Assembly (NCBI RefSeq): GCF_000315625.1
Contig: NW_005434627.1
Location: forward strand, 335,295-399,294
Reading direction: 5' to 3'
Source of the DNA: Guillardia theta CCMP2712
Taxonomy: Eukaryota; Protista; Cryptophyta
DNA: 64,000 nucleotides
The notes beneath the pieces were generated by a model. That model did no database searches and was not told the origin of the DNA. It saw only the letters and a list, made by a program, of their open reading frames with translations. Positions 40,333-51,862 of the stretch are shown here, in pieces. Made by a program: the position numbers and the translations under genes. The first letter of the stretch is position 1; each line of letters begins with the position of its first letter.

Positions 40333-41353
40333 ATGCCAGAGACTTCAAACCCGCAGGACGTGGCTGTAAGAGAGGAGAGCGGCAACGATGGAGGAGGTGC
40401 GGGCCCTCAGTCTAGGCTGTCCTTCAAGGGGACCCAAGGATCTGAACGCCAGCTGGAGATTTTGAGAGCAGCACACAGTCATCCGAACATTTTTGTGTAT
40501 GGGAAGAAGCAGGAAGCCTGGATGGAAATCTGCCATGCTCTTAATACCAATCCTCTCTTTGCTGGCAAGCTGACGCCCACAACAGCCAAGGACAAATTTG
40601 AGGAGCTCAAGTCCAACTGGCTGGCAAAGAACAGGAAACTTCTTGCAGCTGGCGGCCTCAACGAGCTCAAGTCGGAGTATGACAAGCTGTTCAGAGAGGT
40701 GATTCTGTTGGAGAACGAGCACGAGGAGGCGAGGAAAACGAAGAAGATCTGCAATCATAGGAACAAAGACGTCCGTCTGTCAGACAGTGAATGGTGTAAA
40801 GATTTCTTCGTTGAGGCTAGCGCTCCGGTCTGTTTGTATCGGCTCGAGTTGGATCTTTGACTTGGCACGCAGCAAATGTTTCCTCCGGATAGCATGAACA
40901 TGGTGGGCAACAGCGGCTCGGGCAACGCCATGGGCGCTGCTAACAGCAGCAGCGGAGGCACCACCTTAAGCACTGGCATCTTCTCACGAGCGATGCTCCT
41001 TGTAGACTCTCTGCACCAGCAGGGGATCTTTACAGTAGGGCAGGTGGCGATTGTGCTGGGAGAAGTCGAGAGGAGTACTGATGCAGCTTGCAGGCAAGGA
41101 AACTGCGCTGGCTGTGCATGTGGCAGAAACCACCGGTGAGCTCTGAGATCAGCTGACAGTCAGGTGGCGGCTGATGTCTGGGTTGCAGATTGCCGTGCTG
41201 ATGATGGCGTACAGCACGTCTCCTGACGTTTTCTCAGCTCGATGTTGTGACCGTTCCCCCTCCGCTGTCTGTTTTGACTGTGTTGCAGGCAAAGAGCTGC
41301 TGGATGGGATGGAAGCCAACGGGCAATTGAGCTCCTTGTTGCAGGCACATTAG
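40333..41353 (+). CDS. Myb/SANT-like (trihelix-type) DNA-binding protein, multi-exon
   Basis: ERQLEILRAA...KKQEAWMEICHALN...LTPTTAKDKFEELKSNW follows the Myb_DNA-bind_3/4-like pattern. Confidence 0.6.
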
Positions 41354-41559
41354 GTGCAAAAGTCAAGATTCTCTGATTCCCTCACCCTCTTCAGTGAGGG
41401 GATTTCTCGTTTCCTCCTTTCAATCCTTGTTCTTATTTCCTTTGTTTCCGTTCTGTGTTGTGTGAGGGCTAAGGGCAAAGGTCTTGCAAGCTAATTTTAT
41501 CATGATTTCAACGTTTTCTCAAATTACACACCATTCACAAAGCAAAACAAAGTCATTCA

Positions 41560-43000
41560 AGACGCACGACCACAACCTCTCCCAGGAAACAAGAACCTCT
41601 CCAACTCATCGTTGCTGACTCCCTCGTCACTGAGGAGCTCCTTCAGTCTGTTGTGCCACGTCTTCTTTCGCTGCTCCCTCCTCCTGCTCGACACTTGGCC
41701 TTGCATTAATCGCCTGCCCCAAAGTCAAAGGAGCCTGGCTGAACAAGAGGAGTGATCAAGGAGGCAGTCTGACCCCGAAGAATCCAGTCAACGCATCCAT
41801 GCCGTAAGTCTGTCCTGGTGTGGTCATGGCGACAACTTGCAAGGCAAAGAACGCACCAAGAAGATCGCAAGGGCTCCGACCTGAGCCACTGTGACAGCCG
41901 CGTCCAGCACAGCAGCATCGCCAAGAGCTGAGATAGTGACTGCGACTGCTGGAACTGCGGCAACTGGCCAGTGAAAGTTATCATGAGAATCTGTCACTTG
42001 CAGGTTTGAGAGAATGGGGGAAAATGGAAACAAAACCATCTGCTGAGGGGACGAGAGAAAGGGGGTTGCAAAGAGCGAGGAGGGGGAGGGGGGAGGGGGA
42101 CGCTGGAGTAGGTGGCCGAAGGAGAAGGAGTGATAGACTAGAGGAAGGGGGCTGGGTTTCGAGATCGTGGCTATGGACGAAGCTGAAGGTCTGATTCTTG
42201 TTCGTGATACCTGCCATGCTGCTCGACGCAATGGACTTGGGGATGAAGGTAGTTTGCTCGTTGGAAAAACCTTGCGCCTGCTACGTTTGCGGTTCAATCA
42301 ACGTGGATCCATCGGAACTTCGAGATAAACCTGGGCATCAGATCGAGCCTTGGAGTTCTCAGCTGCTTCAGCCGTAGACGATGCTAGGGGAGACGCGGAG
42401 GAGGAGGAGGAGGACAGGGAGGGCGAGTCCTTCTTGGTGGATTCGTGGGAGTTCTTTTCCTTCTGGATCTGGTTCAACGCGAAGACTTTGGCGCAGAAGC
42501 AGTAGAACATAGCCATCAGTGTCTGCACGTACTTCTGCAAGCCGCTAGTCACACTCTCCAGACCATAGCTACCAGCCTTTCCTCACCATCGCACTCTCTA
42601 AGAATCTCCGCAAGGTGTCAACTGCCCTGTTGACCTTTCGGGAAATAATCTTCGCCTGCACATCAGCCCTCGGCGTCCTGGTGTTCGCCATCGTCCTGGT
42701 GACAAATGATTCCCTCAGCATCAGTCCGGACGAGCTTGTCGAACAAGTCCTCCCTGCATCTCATCGTTCAGACTTTGTTTGGGCACAACGACGTTGCCAC
42801 AAACCTTGAACATCCCTTTGCAATGTGCTGCTTGCTGGGAGCAGGAGACGGGACGGGGATTGAAAGGCTGAGGAAGTGACGCAGCATAAGGTGAATGTCA
42901 ACAAGTTGAGTCCGACAGATTCGAATGTCATCGTCCTGATAAGTCTTGACAAAGTCAGTCGCATCTAGTGCAACTCAACAAGTTCAGGAGGCATGGCATG
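41560..43000 (-). pseudogene. Fragmented coding-like region convergent with the Myb gene (gene or decayed TE ORF)
   Basis: Short coding-like pieces (e.g. 42298-42552, 41706-41984) with stops and no diagnostic motif. Confidence 0.25.
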
Positions 43001-43524
43001 AAGCATGCAAACATTCCATAGAATGAGCCTGAAGTGCAACACATCACAGGCATCCTTTCATTTCACATCTGCTGGAAAGCTAGAGAGACCAGAAAAACGA
43101 AACTCGAGCTTTTCTGTATCGTAGCATCGGAACAAGAGTTTGTACTCGAGCAATATCGTAGACTTGCCATCCTCTATCAGCTTCTTGAGATCCGAGACTT
43201 CAATCTCATTTCATTCCCCGCTCTCTTTCCATCTCTTCTCTTGTTCTACTCTCCTCCCATCCTCCAACCTTCTACTGACCTCTCCTCCTCCTCCTCCTCC
43301 CGCGTCCCATCGTGAGTCCCTTCGCTCACTCCGACCAGTCACAGGGGAGAGTATCTCGGGGGGTAGGGTCCAAATTTTTGAAAATCAGACCGGTCGTACA
43401 TCATGATTTAGGTGGTGGGGGTACTCCGTCAATCATGGGTGCATTTTCTTGGGGGTGGGGTACTTTCAGGAGCCGCAACTTGCTTTCCTCTGAGCCTCTC
43501 GGAGGGACATATAAAACTAAGTTT

Positions 43525-44400
43525 TAGTGCCCGGCCGGCTGTGGCCGGGCCGCCGCTGTCCCGGTTCGTAGCCGGGCGATTCAATCATCATCGGCGTCAC
43601 GGCCGGGCGACTGACGTACGGTCACCGTCGGAGTCACGGCCCAGTACTATACTGCCGATTATCCTCCGACTCACTTCAACGGTTTGACAGTGATGGTCAC
43701 CGGTGACTCTGAGTCAGTCCGACCGTCACGTGACGTGACAGTGGGCCGCTGTGCGGCGACAGCCTCCGGCCGGGCCGCGGTGTGGCAGGGTCAACTTGCC
43801 ACCGCAAGCTTCCTCGATCGGACTCTCCTGATTGTCCTCGTACCGGGTAGTACCGGCACGGTCGGATTTTTGACTCAGTTAACTTTGTCGCCGGGAGTAA
43901 AGCCTGAGTGTCCCCGGCCCGGCGGGCCGCCCGCGGCCGGGCCGGTACGGTACGGTCAGTCAACGTGGCACGCGCCGCCGCATCAGCCCGGCCTCCTGCC
44001 GCCGGGCCACTCGCCGGATCCGACTCGGCTCGGCGAGTCCCGGACGGCCGCGGCCGGAGAGTCCGAACCGCCGATCCGATGATACTACGACTCGAGTCGG
44101 GCGGCGGCGGGTCACAGTACCGCGGCCAGTACGGCCCGGTGGCCCAGTACCCAAGCCTCCGGATGATCGGACTGTCCGATTTCACTTAACTTTGACTCAC
44201 TGAGTCAGACTTGCAGATTGGCAAGTTGGCAAGCCAGTGTCCGATCACTGAGTCAGGCCCGCCGGCCCGGAGGGGGCCGCTCAGCGGCTCTCAGCCGGGC
44301 AGGCCGCCGGGGCTCTTATCATCATCATAGTACCGTAGTACGGTAACCGTGAACATGGCACGACAGTGAGTGACTAGTCTAGGCTTCTAGGCTACCGTAC
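43525..44400. other. Palindrome-dense island 5
   Basis: ATCGGAC-T-GTCCGAT 44166-44180, TGACTCA-C-TGAGTCA 44193-44207, CTTAACTTTGACT at ~44185, and many CCGG/CGGCCG words. Confidence 0.7.
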
Positions 44401-45324
44401 TATATTCCGATACTCCGAGGGGCATCGAATTGACTGGCTCCGTGAGGGGGCGACGCCTTCTTCGAGTGGCAGTCAAAACTCTCCGAGGCTGGTTAATCGC
44501 GAAAACACAACGTTCGGATGGGGCAGCAACTTCTGTTTTACTCTGCTGACCGTCGGACGATTTGCCTCCTATGCCCTGCCAAGCATTGCGGGCTGAGCCC
44601 TACTATGGTCTACTAGGCTGAGGGGACGGCGATACTTCACAAGGCTGGCAGCAGCAGGCGTGCAGGCCATCCCTACACAAGGCTTCACACGCTGCACATT
44701 CTCTACCCTCCTCACCCCCGCCCCTGCTCCTGTCCTGTCCCGCCCTGCTCTACCTATCCGCCCTGCTTCATACTTCTCCTCTGAACCCCCCGCTCCCATC
44801 ATGACCTGTAAAGATCCCGGCATCCGCATTCGTGCCAAACTGTCTCCCTGCGGGATTCATTGTGATGCGCTTCCCTCCCCGGCGCCTGACCGCCATCTCA
44901 GCCGCATCCTCCAGCCCTCGCCATGCTCCCCCTCAATCTCCTGCCTCGGACGGGCTGAGCCGGGAAGTGCCTACTCGCATGTGCTGGCAGCAACAGGTAG
45001 AGCGGTGGGCCGCCGGTCGATCGACGAAAAGGGGAACTACCTACTGGAAGACGAGGCCAGGATCCGGGGGAAGGAGGAGACTTGGATTGCATAAAGTGTG
45101 ATTAAAAGAAGGATACAGTTGTATTCATATTTTGTCAGTGGGTAAAATACACAAATGCTTCGTGTAATCAAGATGTATAAAGACTAAATTCCTGAATTAA
45201 TGGTTTTCTTGTATTTGGTCCACATAGCAGCAGTGATATTCAAAATTATCAAGCAAGCTAAAGTGTCAACTGAATTCTCAACTGAGAGGAAGCATGTGTG
45301 ACAGAAGGAGATCCATCTCTCTTT

Positions 45325-45959
45325 TGTCACACCTCGAAGATTCTCGAGTGGACCTTCAAGCGCAGTTCAATAAGAACTCACGTTGGATTTCTCTACTAAG
45401 AGGGAAAGCGGTGAAACAGAAGGAGATCTAACTCTCTTTTATTTCTTTCACACACACACACAAAACAAGACAAGACGATACACACAAAGACGTCTCAACA
45501 ATCGTGGCACACACACGAAAGGGGAAGAGGACCACCTAGCTCTGACGAGTTTCATCCTTTTATAGCTTCGAGGAATGAGCCAGGGGTGCCGTCTCTTGGC
45601 TACAGAAAGGAGGGGTATCCTGTTCTTGGAAGTTGACAAGCATCCCTTCTGACCTTCGAGAGGATACCATGCTCTCTCGCAGGGAAGAGAACCCCGTCCT
45701 TGCATGGCAGCAAGCTGCTTCCAACGGGTCGTACTGCACAAGACGCACCCCTTCTGTTTACCTTGTAAGTCCCCCACGGGTACACGGTTGCTGCAACAAA
45801 GGCCTCCACAGGGGTCCTTTCAGCAGCTTCACACTGGAGTAGAGTATCCTGGGTCATCCAGGAGAAGTCAGCTTCGAACACGAGTACGAGACAGCCAACT
45901 GTCCTTTCATCCTGATAGGCCTTTGTCTGACTCGGGCTCGGTTCCTATGAGCTCTGACA
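45325..45959 (-). repeat. 3' LTR (635 bp)
   Basis: Matches 51229-51862; the only difference I found is TAAGAACTCAC vs TAAGAGTCAC. Minus-strand TATAAAAGG at 45556-45564 and AATAAA at 45438-45443. Confidence 0.95.
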
Positions 45960-45980
45960 CGCTCTTCTCTGCGCTTTCTT
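45960..45980 (-). other. Polypurine tract
   Basis: AAGAAAGCGCAGAGAAGAGCG immediately 5' of the 3' LTR. Confidence 0.6.
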
Positions 45981-46069
45981 GGAGTGCTCAGGACTCAGAA
46001 AACTTCGCTTTCTCAGCTTGTCAAATCTGTTTTTCCTCTGACACGCTCCAGGCGCAGCACGTAAAATTC

Positions 46070-49000
46070 CTAATTGAGAGGCGCACGACGCTGCCGCTGC
46101 CGCTGTCCATGAGAAGAAGCAGAAGCATCTTGACGCGTGCGATGCTGTTCATATTGCTGAAGCAACTGACGGAGCGCCGGTGTACGCGAGAGATGGGCAA
46201 CAGGTTCCCAAGTGTCGTCGGCGGAGGAAAATCCCTTCCAACGAACCAGATATTGCTTCGCACCATTACGTTGACGATGATTGATGACGCGAGCCACTTC
46301 GTAGAATCCAGGTACAGGTTGGGAAACCACAGGCTGCTGCAAATGATCTTTCCTGCGCACATGGGGGCGTAGGAACTTGGCATTAAAAACATCTTGATCC
46401 ATGCGAGGGAAGCGCTGGCGAACATCAACTCGATAATTGTTGTTGTTGCAAACCTCGGTGATAGGGAAAGGACCAATGTATCGATCTCGAAATTTGCGAA
46501 TTTCAAACTGCTGATTGAATAAACGCGCGTCGATCCAGACCAAATCACCAACTTGCCATCGAAGCGGGCGGCGAGAAGGAAGTAGACGCGTCTCTGCTCG
46601 ATTGGCGATCGAGGCCAAGGTATCTCGCACAAGGTTTTCACCTGCACGTATGTTGTCGACAGTCGTGCGGGCTTGAGGAAGAACCTGATCAAGGGTCAAA
46701 TCCATAACTGAGCGCGGATTCTTGCCGTATTCCACTTGAAAGGCAGATAACCCTGTTTCACGACGGGGGGCATGATTGAGGGCAAACTCAATGAATGGAA
46801 GATGGACTGTCCATTCAGATGAACCCTGAGCGAGTTTAGTGCGGAGCATATCCAGAATGGTGGCATTGATCCGTTCAACGCGACCATTGGCCTGGGGATA
46901 GTACTTGGAAGAGTGGCGTACCTGAACACCTAGCGTCTGAAATACTGTATCCCAAAAATGCGAGGAGACATTTGGCCCATTATCCGAAAGGATTGCAGCA
47001 GGAAGACCACGAGTGCGATAGAAGTATTGGAGAAATAAATCCACAAGTTCCTGGGTCGTAGCAGACTTGTGAGTTGGAGCCAGCGTGACATGTTGCGAGA
47101 ACGAGTCCAACATGACGAAGAGAGAATCATGACCTTGGGAGGTAGTCGGAAGTCCGCTGAGGAGATCGACGGAGATGACGTCAAATTTGTCAGCAGGAAC
47201 GTCATGACTCTTGGGCAAACCGATGGGTTTCTGTTTGTAGTTCTTCGCAGCCTGGCAAATGAGGCAGGAATGCACGTAATTTTCGACATCACGCTTCATG
47301 TTATTCCAGTAGACTTTGGCAACAAGTGAGAGGTAGGTTTTGTCAGAACCCACATGTCCGGCATCATCATGCGCTAGGCGTAGTACAGCAGCGCGGATAG
47401 CGGTAGGAACACAGATCCTCGTCCTGCCGGTAGAATCAACATAGTAGAGCAAGTCATCCGAAAATTCAAAATGACGACAACCCGGTTGGCCGAGCAATTC
47501 GCCGTCTTTGCCCAGTTGGTATAAAACCTGAAAGTCAGGACAGGTGGAGTAGTTTTGCATCAGTTGGGAGACGAACGAGGAATCCGTAAGCATCTGAACG
47601 GTATGAAGACCAACAAGAAGATCCCGAGCAATGTCTTCAGCGCGCATAGCGCGATCATGAGCCTGAGTCAGATCAGCGGGTGATTGGGGAGCGAACGATG
47701 GAGCAGGCGAGTCGCCTGAGATCCGACTGAGGGCATCAGCAACGACGTTAGTTTCGCCAGGGATGTGGTGGATCTCCATGTCGTACTGAAGGAAGGTAGA
47801 CAACCAACGAGCCAGGCGGGGAGAGAGTTCAGACTGGGTGTTCAATCTGATCAAGCTGTGGTGATCGGTACATACACGAAAGCGACGACCAATCAAGTAG
47901 TAGGAAAAATGACGGAGACTTTCCTTGAGAGCAAGAAGCTCACGCTCATAGGTGGAGTAATTGCGTTCGGCGGAGGAGAGTTTCTTGCCATAAAATGCAA
48001 CGGGATGTTCCTCGTTGTTTTCATCGATCTGATGAAGCGCGGCTCCAATGGCCAGGTCGCTAGCGTCTGTGTACAGGATGGTCAGCCGATCAGAACGGAA
48101 GTGAGCCAAGACTGGAGCCTGCGTAAGAGCTGTCTTGAGCGCGGCAAAAGCAGTCTCAGCAGACCGAGTCCACACGAAGCGACGTTGACTGGTTTTCAGC
48201 AGATCTGAGAGAGGTGCAGCATAGTTGGCAAAATTCTTGATGAAACGCCGATAAAAATTGGCGAGGCCTAAAAATTGGCGAAGTTGTTTCACAGATGCAG
48301 GAGGCGGAAAATCGTCGATGGCAGCAACTTTGCTAGCCTCGGGTGCAATCCCATGCGCATTCAAAGTATATCCGAGAAAACTGATCTGCGTCTGAAGAAA
48401 CACACACTTGCTCCGTTTAACGAAGACCTGGTGGTGGCGGAGGCGCTCCAGTAGGAGACGCACCTGCTGTAGGTGTGAACGAGGATTACCCATGGAAAAG
48501 ATTAAGAGATCATCGACGTAGACTAAGACGTTGTTCATACCTGCGAGGATGCCCTGTGAGAACTTCTGGAAGGCAGCTGTGGCCGTTTTCAGACCAAAGG
48601 GCAGAGCGCGGAATTGGTAGGATCCTTGTTCAGTAACAAACCCAGTATATTGAGAGCTGTCAGGAGTGAGAGCTAGCTGCCAGAATCCTGAGGCCATATC
48701 CAGCTTGCTGAAGTAGAGGGTATCCGTACTGGACACAGTACGCTGCGAGAGCACGCGCCCGATACGTTCCATGAGCTCGGTAGGGACGGGAGGCGGAAAA
48801 CTGTCGTCGAGGAGGTGATTGTTGACTCCTCGATAATCAATACAAAAACGAAATTGAGGGACTCCTTCAGAGGAAAGACCTTTGCGAACAAAGATGACGG
48901 GACTCTGCCACATGACATCATTGTTCCGCTCGATGATGCCGCGTGCCAACAAGAAGTCGATCGTTTTAGCGAGCTCCTCCTGGAGCGTCGCCGGAAGTCG

Positions 49001-50080
49001 GTAGGGACGACGACGAATTGGACGAACGTCATCAGGAACCCGAAGGACAACGTCATACTGCCCCCGCGAGACAGGTGGCTGGATTGGTAGTTCGTCCACC
49101 AGAACATCGGAAAAATCCTCGAGTAGCTCCTGCAAGGCCGGAGCTGCGAGCGGCGAGGCCGACGAGGCGACCTGAGAGACCAATGAACTGGTAGAAACAG
49201 GCGAGGACACGGTCGCCATGACCCAGGGCATCATATCCTCAGGTGGAGGAGGCTGAAGCGTGTTCCAGTCCGCATGCCAGGGAAAAATCAAACACTGGGC
49301 TTGCCGCATAGCCGCGGAGCCAGGACCAGGGATGTGAAATGCGAGCGGAAGGCGTTGACGCCCCGCAGTACCATCCTGCGCTGGAATAGTAACGAGCTTG
49401 GAATGAAAGTCGATATTCATTTTCATCTTGGCAATGAACGGTTGGGACAAAATTGCCGGCAGTGACGCTGGAGAGTCCAAAATGAAGAACGTTTCTTGCG
49501 TTTCAACATTGGTGCCTGCAATGCGAAACGGCAGGAGGCAGGTTTCACGAAGCACGACCTGGGCGTCGCCATGAGCGAACTGAGCGGTAAGCGTGGCGGG
49601 AATTCGCTGTGTGGTCAATTGGAGCTGTCGCGCAACCTGACGCGAGATCACACTGATCTCAGCACCCGAGTCAAGCAAAGCCAGGATCTCGGAAGTAGCA
49701 GCTGGCACCGGAGAGGTGAGTGGTACAATGGGCAGATAGAGAAGCGATCCTGAAGACGCCCCGTGCTCCTGAGAGCCAAGGGAGTGGAGTGCAATCGGAT
49801 GCAAGTGTACCTCGAGAGCGTCACCGTCCAGAGGCACTTCATCTTCCAGTTCTTCAGCAAAATGCACCTGAGGACGGCGCTTAGGCGTCTTCGAGCGAGC
49901 AGCAATCTTGTTAGCTGCAACGGACGGAGCAGCCTTGCGGTCGTCGGAAGTCTGAACAGCGCCAAGCAGAGGCGGAGAGGAGGAGTCGGACGACTGCTCA
50001 CGTTCAGGACTCTGACTGCGGCGGGTACGACGATCGGACACTCGGAAGATCGATGTCCGAGTTTGCCACAGTTGTAACAA
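46070..50080 (-). CDS. pol: Pol polyprotein (protease, RT, RNase H, integrase, chromodomain)
   Basis: LLDSGA; FCIDYRGVN, LPFGLKTA, YVDDLLI; YTDASD, YERELLA; HDDAGH...CLIC, SDNG, ANGRVER; YEVARVINHR...YLVRWKGFSSADDTWEP. Confidence 0.96.
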   Translation of the reverse strand: MLQLWQTRTSIFRVSDRRTRRSQSPEREQSSDSSSPPLLGAVQTSDDRKAAPSVAANKIAARSKTPKRRPQVHFAEELEDEVPLDGDALEVHLHPIALHSLGSQEHGASSGSLLYLPIVPLTSPVPAATSEILALLDSGAEISVISRQVARQLQLTTQRIPATLTAQFAHGDAQVVLRETCLLPFRIAGTNVETQETFFILDSPASLPAILSQPFIAKMKMNIDFHSKLVTIPAQDGTAGRQRLPLAFHIPGPGSAAMRQAQCLIFPWHADWNTLQPPPPEDMMPWVMATVSSPVSTSSLVSQVASSASPLAAPALQELLEDFSDVLVDELPIQPPVSRGQYDVVLRVPDDVRPIRRRPYRLPATLQEELAKTIDFLLARGIIERNNDVMWQSPVIFVRKGLSSEGVPQFRFCIDYRGVNNHLLDDSFPPPVPTELMERIGRVLSQRTVSSTDTLYFSKLDMASGFWQLALTPDSSQYTGFVTEQGSYQFRALPFGLKTATAAFQKFSQGILAGMNNVLVYVDDLLIFSMGNPRSHLQQVRLLLERLRHHQVFVKRSKCVFLQTQISFLGYTLNAHGIAPEASKVAAIDDFPPPASVKQLRQFLGLANFYRRFIKNFANYAAPLSDLLKTSQRRFVWTRSAETAFAALKTALTQAPVLAHFRSDRLTILYTDASDLAIGAALHQIDENNEEHPVAFYGKKLSSAERNYSTYERELLALKESLRHFSYYLIGRRFRVCTDHHSLIRLNTQSELSPRLARWLSTFLQYDMEIHHIPGETNVVADALSRISGDSPAPSFAPQSPADLTQAHDRAMRAEDIARDLLVGLHTVQMLTDSSFVSQLMQNYSTCPDFQVLYQLGKDGELLGQPGCRHFEFSDDLLYYVDSTGRTRICVPTAIRAAVLRLAHDDAGHVGSDKTYLSLVAKVYWNNMKRDVENYVHSCLICQAAKNYKQKPIGLPKSHDVPADKFDVISVDLLSGLPTTSQGHDSLFVMLDSFSQHVTLAPTHKSATTQELVDLFLQYFYRTRGLPAAILSDNGPNVSSHFWDTVFQTLGVQVRHSSKYYPQANGRVERINATILDMLRTKLAQGSSEWTVHLPFIEFALNHAPRRETGLSAFQVEYGKNPRSVMDLTLDQVLPQARTTVDNIRAGENLVRDTLASIANRAETRLLPSRRPLRWQVGDLVWIDARLFNQQFEIRKFRDRYIGPFPITEVCNNNNYRVDVRQRFPRMDQDVFNAKFLRPHVRRKDHLQQPVVSQPVPGFYEVARVINHRQRNGAKQYLVRWKGFSSADDTWEPVAHLSRTPALRQLLQQYEQHRTRQDASASSHGQRQRQRRAPLN

Positions 50081-51123
50081 CGGATGGCATTGGTCGATGT
50101 GTTTGGGGACGAGGAGTCTCCCGCACTCCTGGCGTCCTGCCGAGCAGCACGGCGCTCTTTGAAGGCCGAAGCCTTGCCAGAAGGACGACTCTTGCGATCA
50201 TTAGAATTAGAGGAGCGATTGCCCACCTGCACGGAATAGAGCTGCCGGTGGGGATCTGCTCCCGTCGAATGTTCTTTGGTTCTGGTCTGATTGTCGATCT
50301 TGAGCGCGTACTCCCTGAGCTGACGGAAGTCAACATCATCCGAACGCTGTAGAGTCACCCACTGATTCAAGAGTAGAGCAGTCATATGCGATCGGACACC
50401 ATTAATGAACCGTTTGCAGACCAGTGAGGACGTCGCAAATAATTTACCATCCGGAAGGAGCTGAAGTTGCTCGATTAAGGTCAGGGTTCGGGCAGCATAC
50501 GAAGCAAGAGATTCCTGACGGTCTTGATTCAAATTGTCGAGTTGGTGAATGAGATTCGACAGCAGGTGAGGAGGCAGGAATTTTTCACGAATTTCCTCTG
50601 AAAATGTATCCCACTCCATGCGGCGAAAGGTCTCTGGCGGGTACTTGGCCACGAAGTGTTGGCGCATTGGAGCATCCAGTAAATCGAGGGTATGGACAAC
50701 CCAGTTGGCTCGGGGGATACCATACACAGCAAAGGAGTACTGAATGGTTTGAACCCATGTCAAGACATTGTTGGCGCTAGTTTGGCGGGCAGTATCCAAC
50801 TTGGGGAGATTGCGCAACTTAGCAAGCAATTGCTGATCAGCCAGAGAGACCAGCTGAGGACCGTCACGCGAGGAGATGGGGGGCGGTCCAGGCTTGAGAG
50901 CGGCGGGCGGGACCGCCTCAGAAGAAGCAGGAGCTTCGAGAGCGTTCAACCGCTGCTGAACCTCCAGCAGCGCGGCAGACATGTTTTGGAGCGACCGATC
51001 CTCGGTCGATTCGGGACGAAGATCGTCGTCAATGCCGGCAGCAGATTGCCAGTCATGTTCCAAAGTATCCGTAGCATTCTCGTCCAGCATGCGAGCTGCG
51101 AGTCGAGTATTGTATCCGGACAT
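49648..51123 (-). CDS. gag: Gag (capsid plus CCHC zinc knuckle)
   Basis: Retrotrans_gag-like WDTFSEEIREKF...LDNLNQDRQESLASY, and CYNCGKLGHRSSEC. Confidence 0.9.
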   Translation of the reverse strand: MSGYNTRLAARMLDENATDTLEHDWQSAAGIDDDLRPESTEDRSLQNMSAALLEVQQRLNALEAPASSEAVPPAALKPGPPPISSRDGPQLVSLADQQLLAKLRNLPKLDTARQTSANNVLTWVQTIQYSFAVYGIPRANWVVHTLDLLDAPMRQHFVAKYPPETFRRMEWDTFSEEIREKFLPPHLLSNLIHQLDNLNQDRQESLASYAARTLTLIEQLQLLPDGKLFATSSLVCKRFINGVRSHMTALLLNQWVTLQRSDDVDFRQLREYALKIDNQTRTKEHSTGADPHRQLYSVQVGNRSSNSNDRKSRPSGKASAFKERRAARQDARSAGDSSSPNTSTNAIRCYNCGKLGHRSSECPIVVPAAVRVLNVSSRPTPPLRLCLALFRLPTTARLLRPLQLTRLLLARRRLSAVLRCILLKNWKMKCLWTVTLSRYTCIRLHSTPLALRSTGRLQDRFSICPLYHSPLRCQLLLPRSWLCLTRVLRSV

Positions 51124-51211
51124 CTACGCGACGTAAGCGTAGGAAGAAGCAGAAGAACAGTGGAGAAAGGGAGGGGAAGAGAGAAGACTCGATCTCTGTC
51201 ACCGATCACAA

Positions 51212-51222
51212 CCTTGCTACCA
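51212..51222 (-). other. Primer-binding site, tRNA-iMet type
   Basis: TGGTAGCAAGG starting 6 nt after the 5' LTR end. TGGTAGC matches known iMet-type PBSs. Confidence 0.55.
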
Positions 51223-51228
51223 ATTTTA

Positions 51229-51862
51229 TGTCACACCTCGAAGATTCTCGAGTGGACCTTCAAGCGCAGTTCAATAAGAGTCACGTTGGATTTCTCTACT
51301 AAGAGGGAAAGCGGTGAAACAGAAGGAGATCTAACTCTCTTTTATTTCTTTCACACACACACACAAAACAAGACAAGACGATACACACAAAGACGTCTCA
51401 ACAATCGTGGCACACACACGAAAGGGGAAGAGGACCACCTAGCTCTGACGAGTTTCATCCTTTTATAGCTTCGAGGAATGAGCCAGGGGTGCCGTCTCTT
51501 GGCTACAGAAAGGAGGGGTATCCTGTTCTTGGAAGTTGACAAGCATCCCTTCTGACCTTCGAGAGGATACCATGCTCTCTCGCAGGGAAGAGAACCCCGT
51601 CCTTGCATGGCAGCAAGCTGCTTCCAACGGGTCGTACTGCACAAGACGCACCCCTTCTGTTTACCTTGTAAGTCCCCCACGGGTACACGGTTGCTGCAAC
51701 AAAGGCCTCCACAGGGGTCCTTTCAGCAGCTTCACACTGGAGTAGAGTATCCTGGGTCATCCAGGAGAAGTCAGCTTCGAACACGAGTACGAGACAGCCA
51801 ACTGTCCTTTCATCCTGATAGGCCTTTGTCTGACTCGGGCTCGGTTCCTATGAGCTCTGACA
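51229..51862 (-). repeat. 5' LTR (634 bp)
   Basis: Direct repeat of 45325-45959. Confidence 0.95.

Larger units (their letters stand above)
45325..51862 (-). mobile_element. Ty3/gypsy chromovirus LTR retrotransposon, near full length
   Basis: Near-identical LTRs with TGTCA...TGACA termini, gag with CCHC, pol order PR-RT-RH-INT-chromodomain, PBS and PPT. Confidence 0.97.

Noticed and set aside
43684-44189. Arg/Pro/Gly-rich ORFs in palindrome islands (also 1063-1389, 52527-52829, 60965-61366)
   Set aside because: They are open on both strands because of high GC and show no domain or splice structure.
44430-44476. TTGACTG...CAGTCAA stem as a structured ncRNA
   Set aside because: No SRP, RNase P, snRNA or snoRNA motifs recognised, and it borders a palindrome-rich island.
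46021-46692. 223-aa ORF and other ORFs overlapping pol
   Set aside because: They are alternative-frame shadows of the integrase/RT coding sequence.
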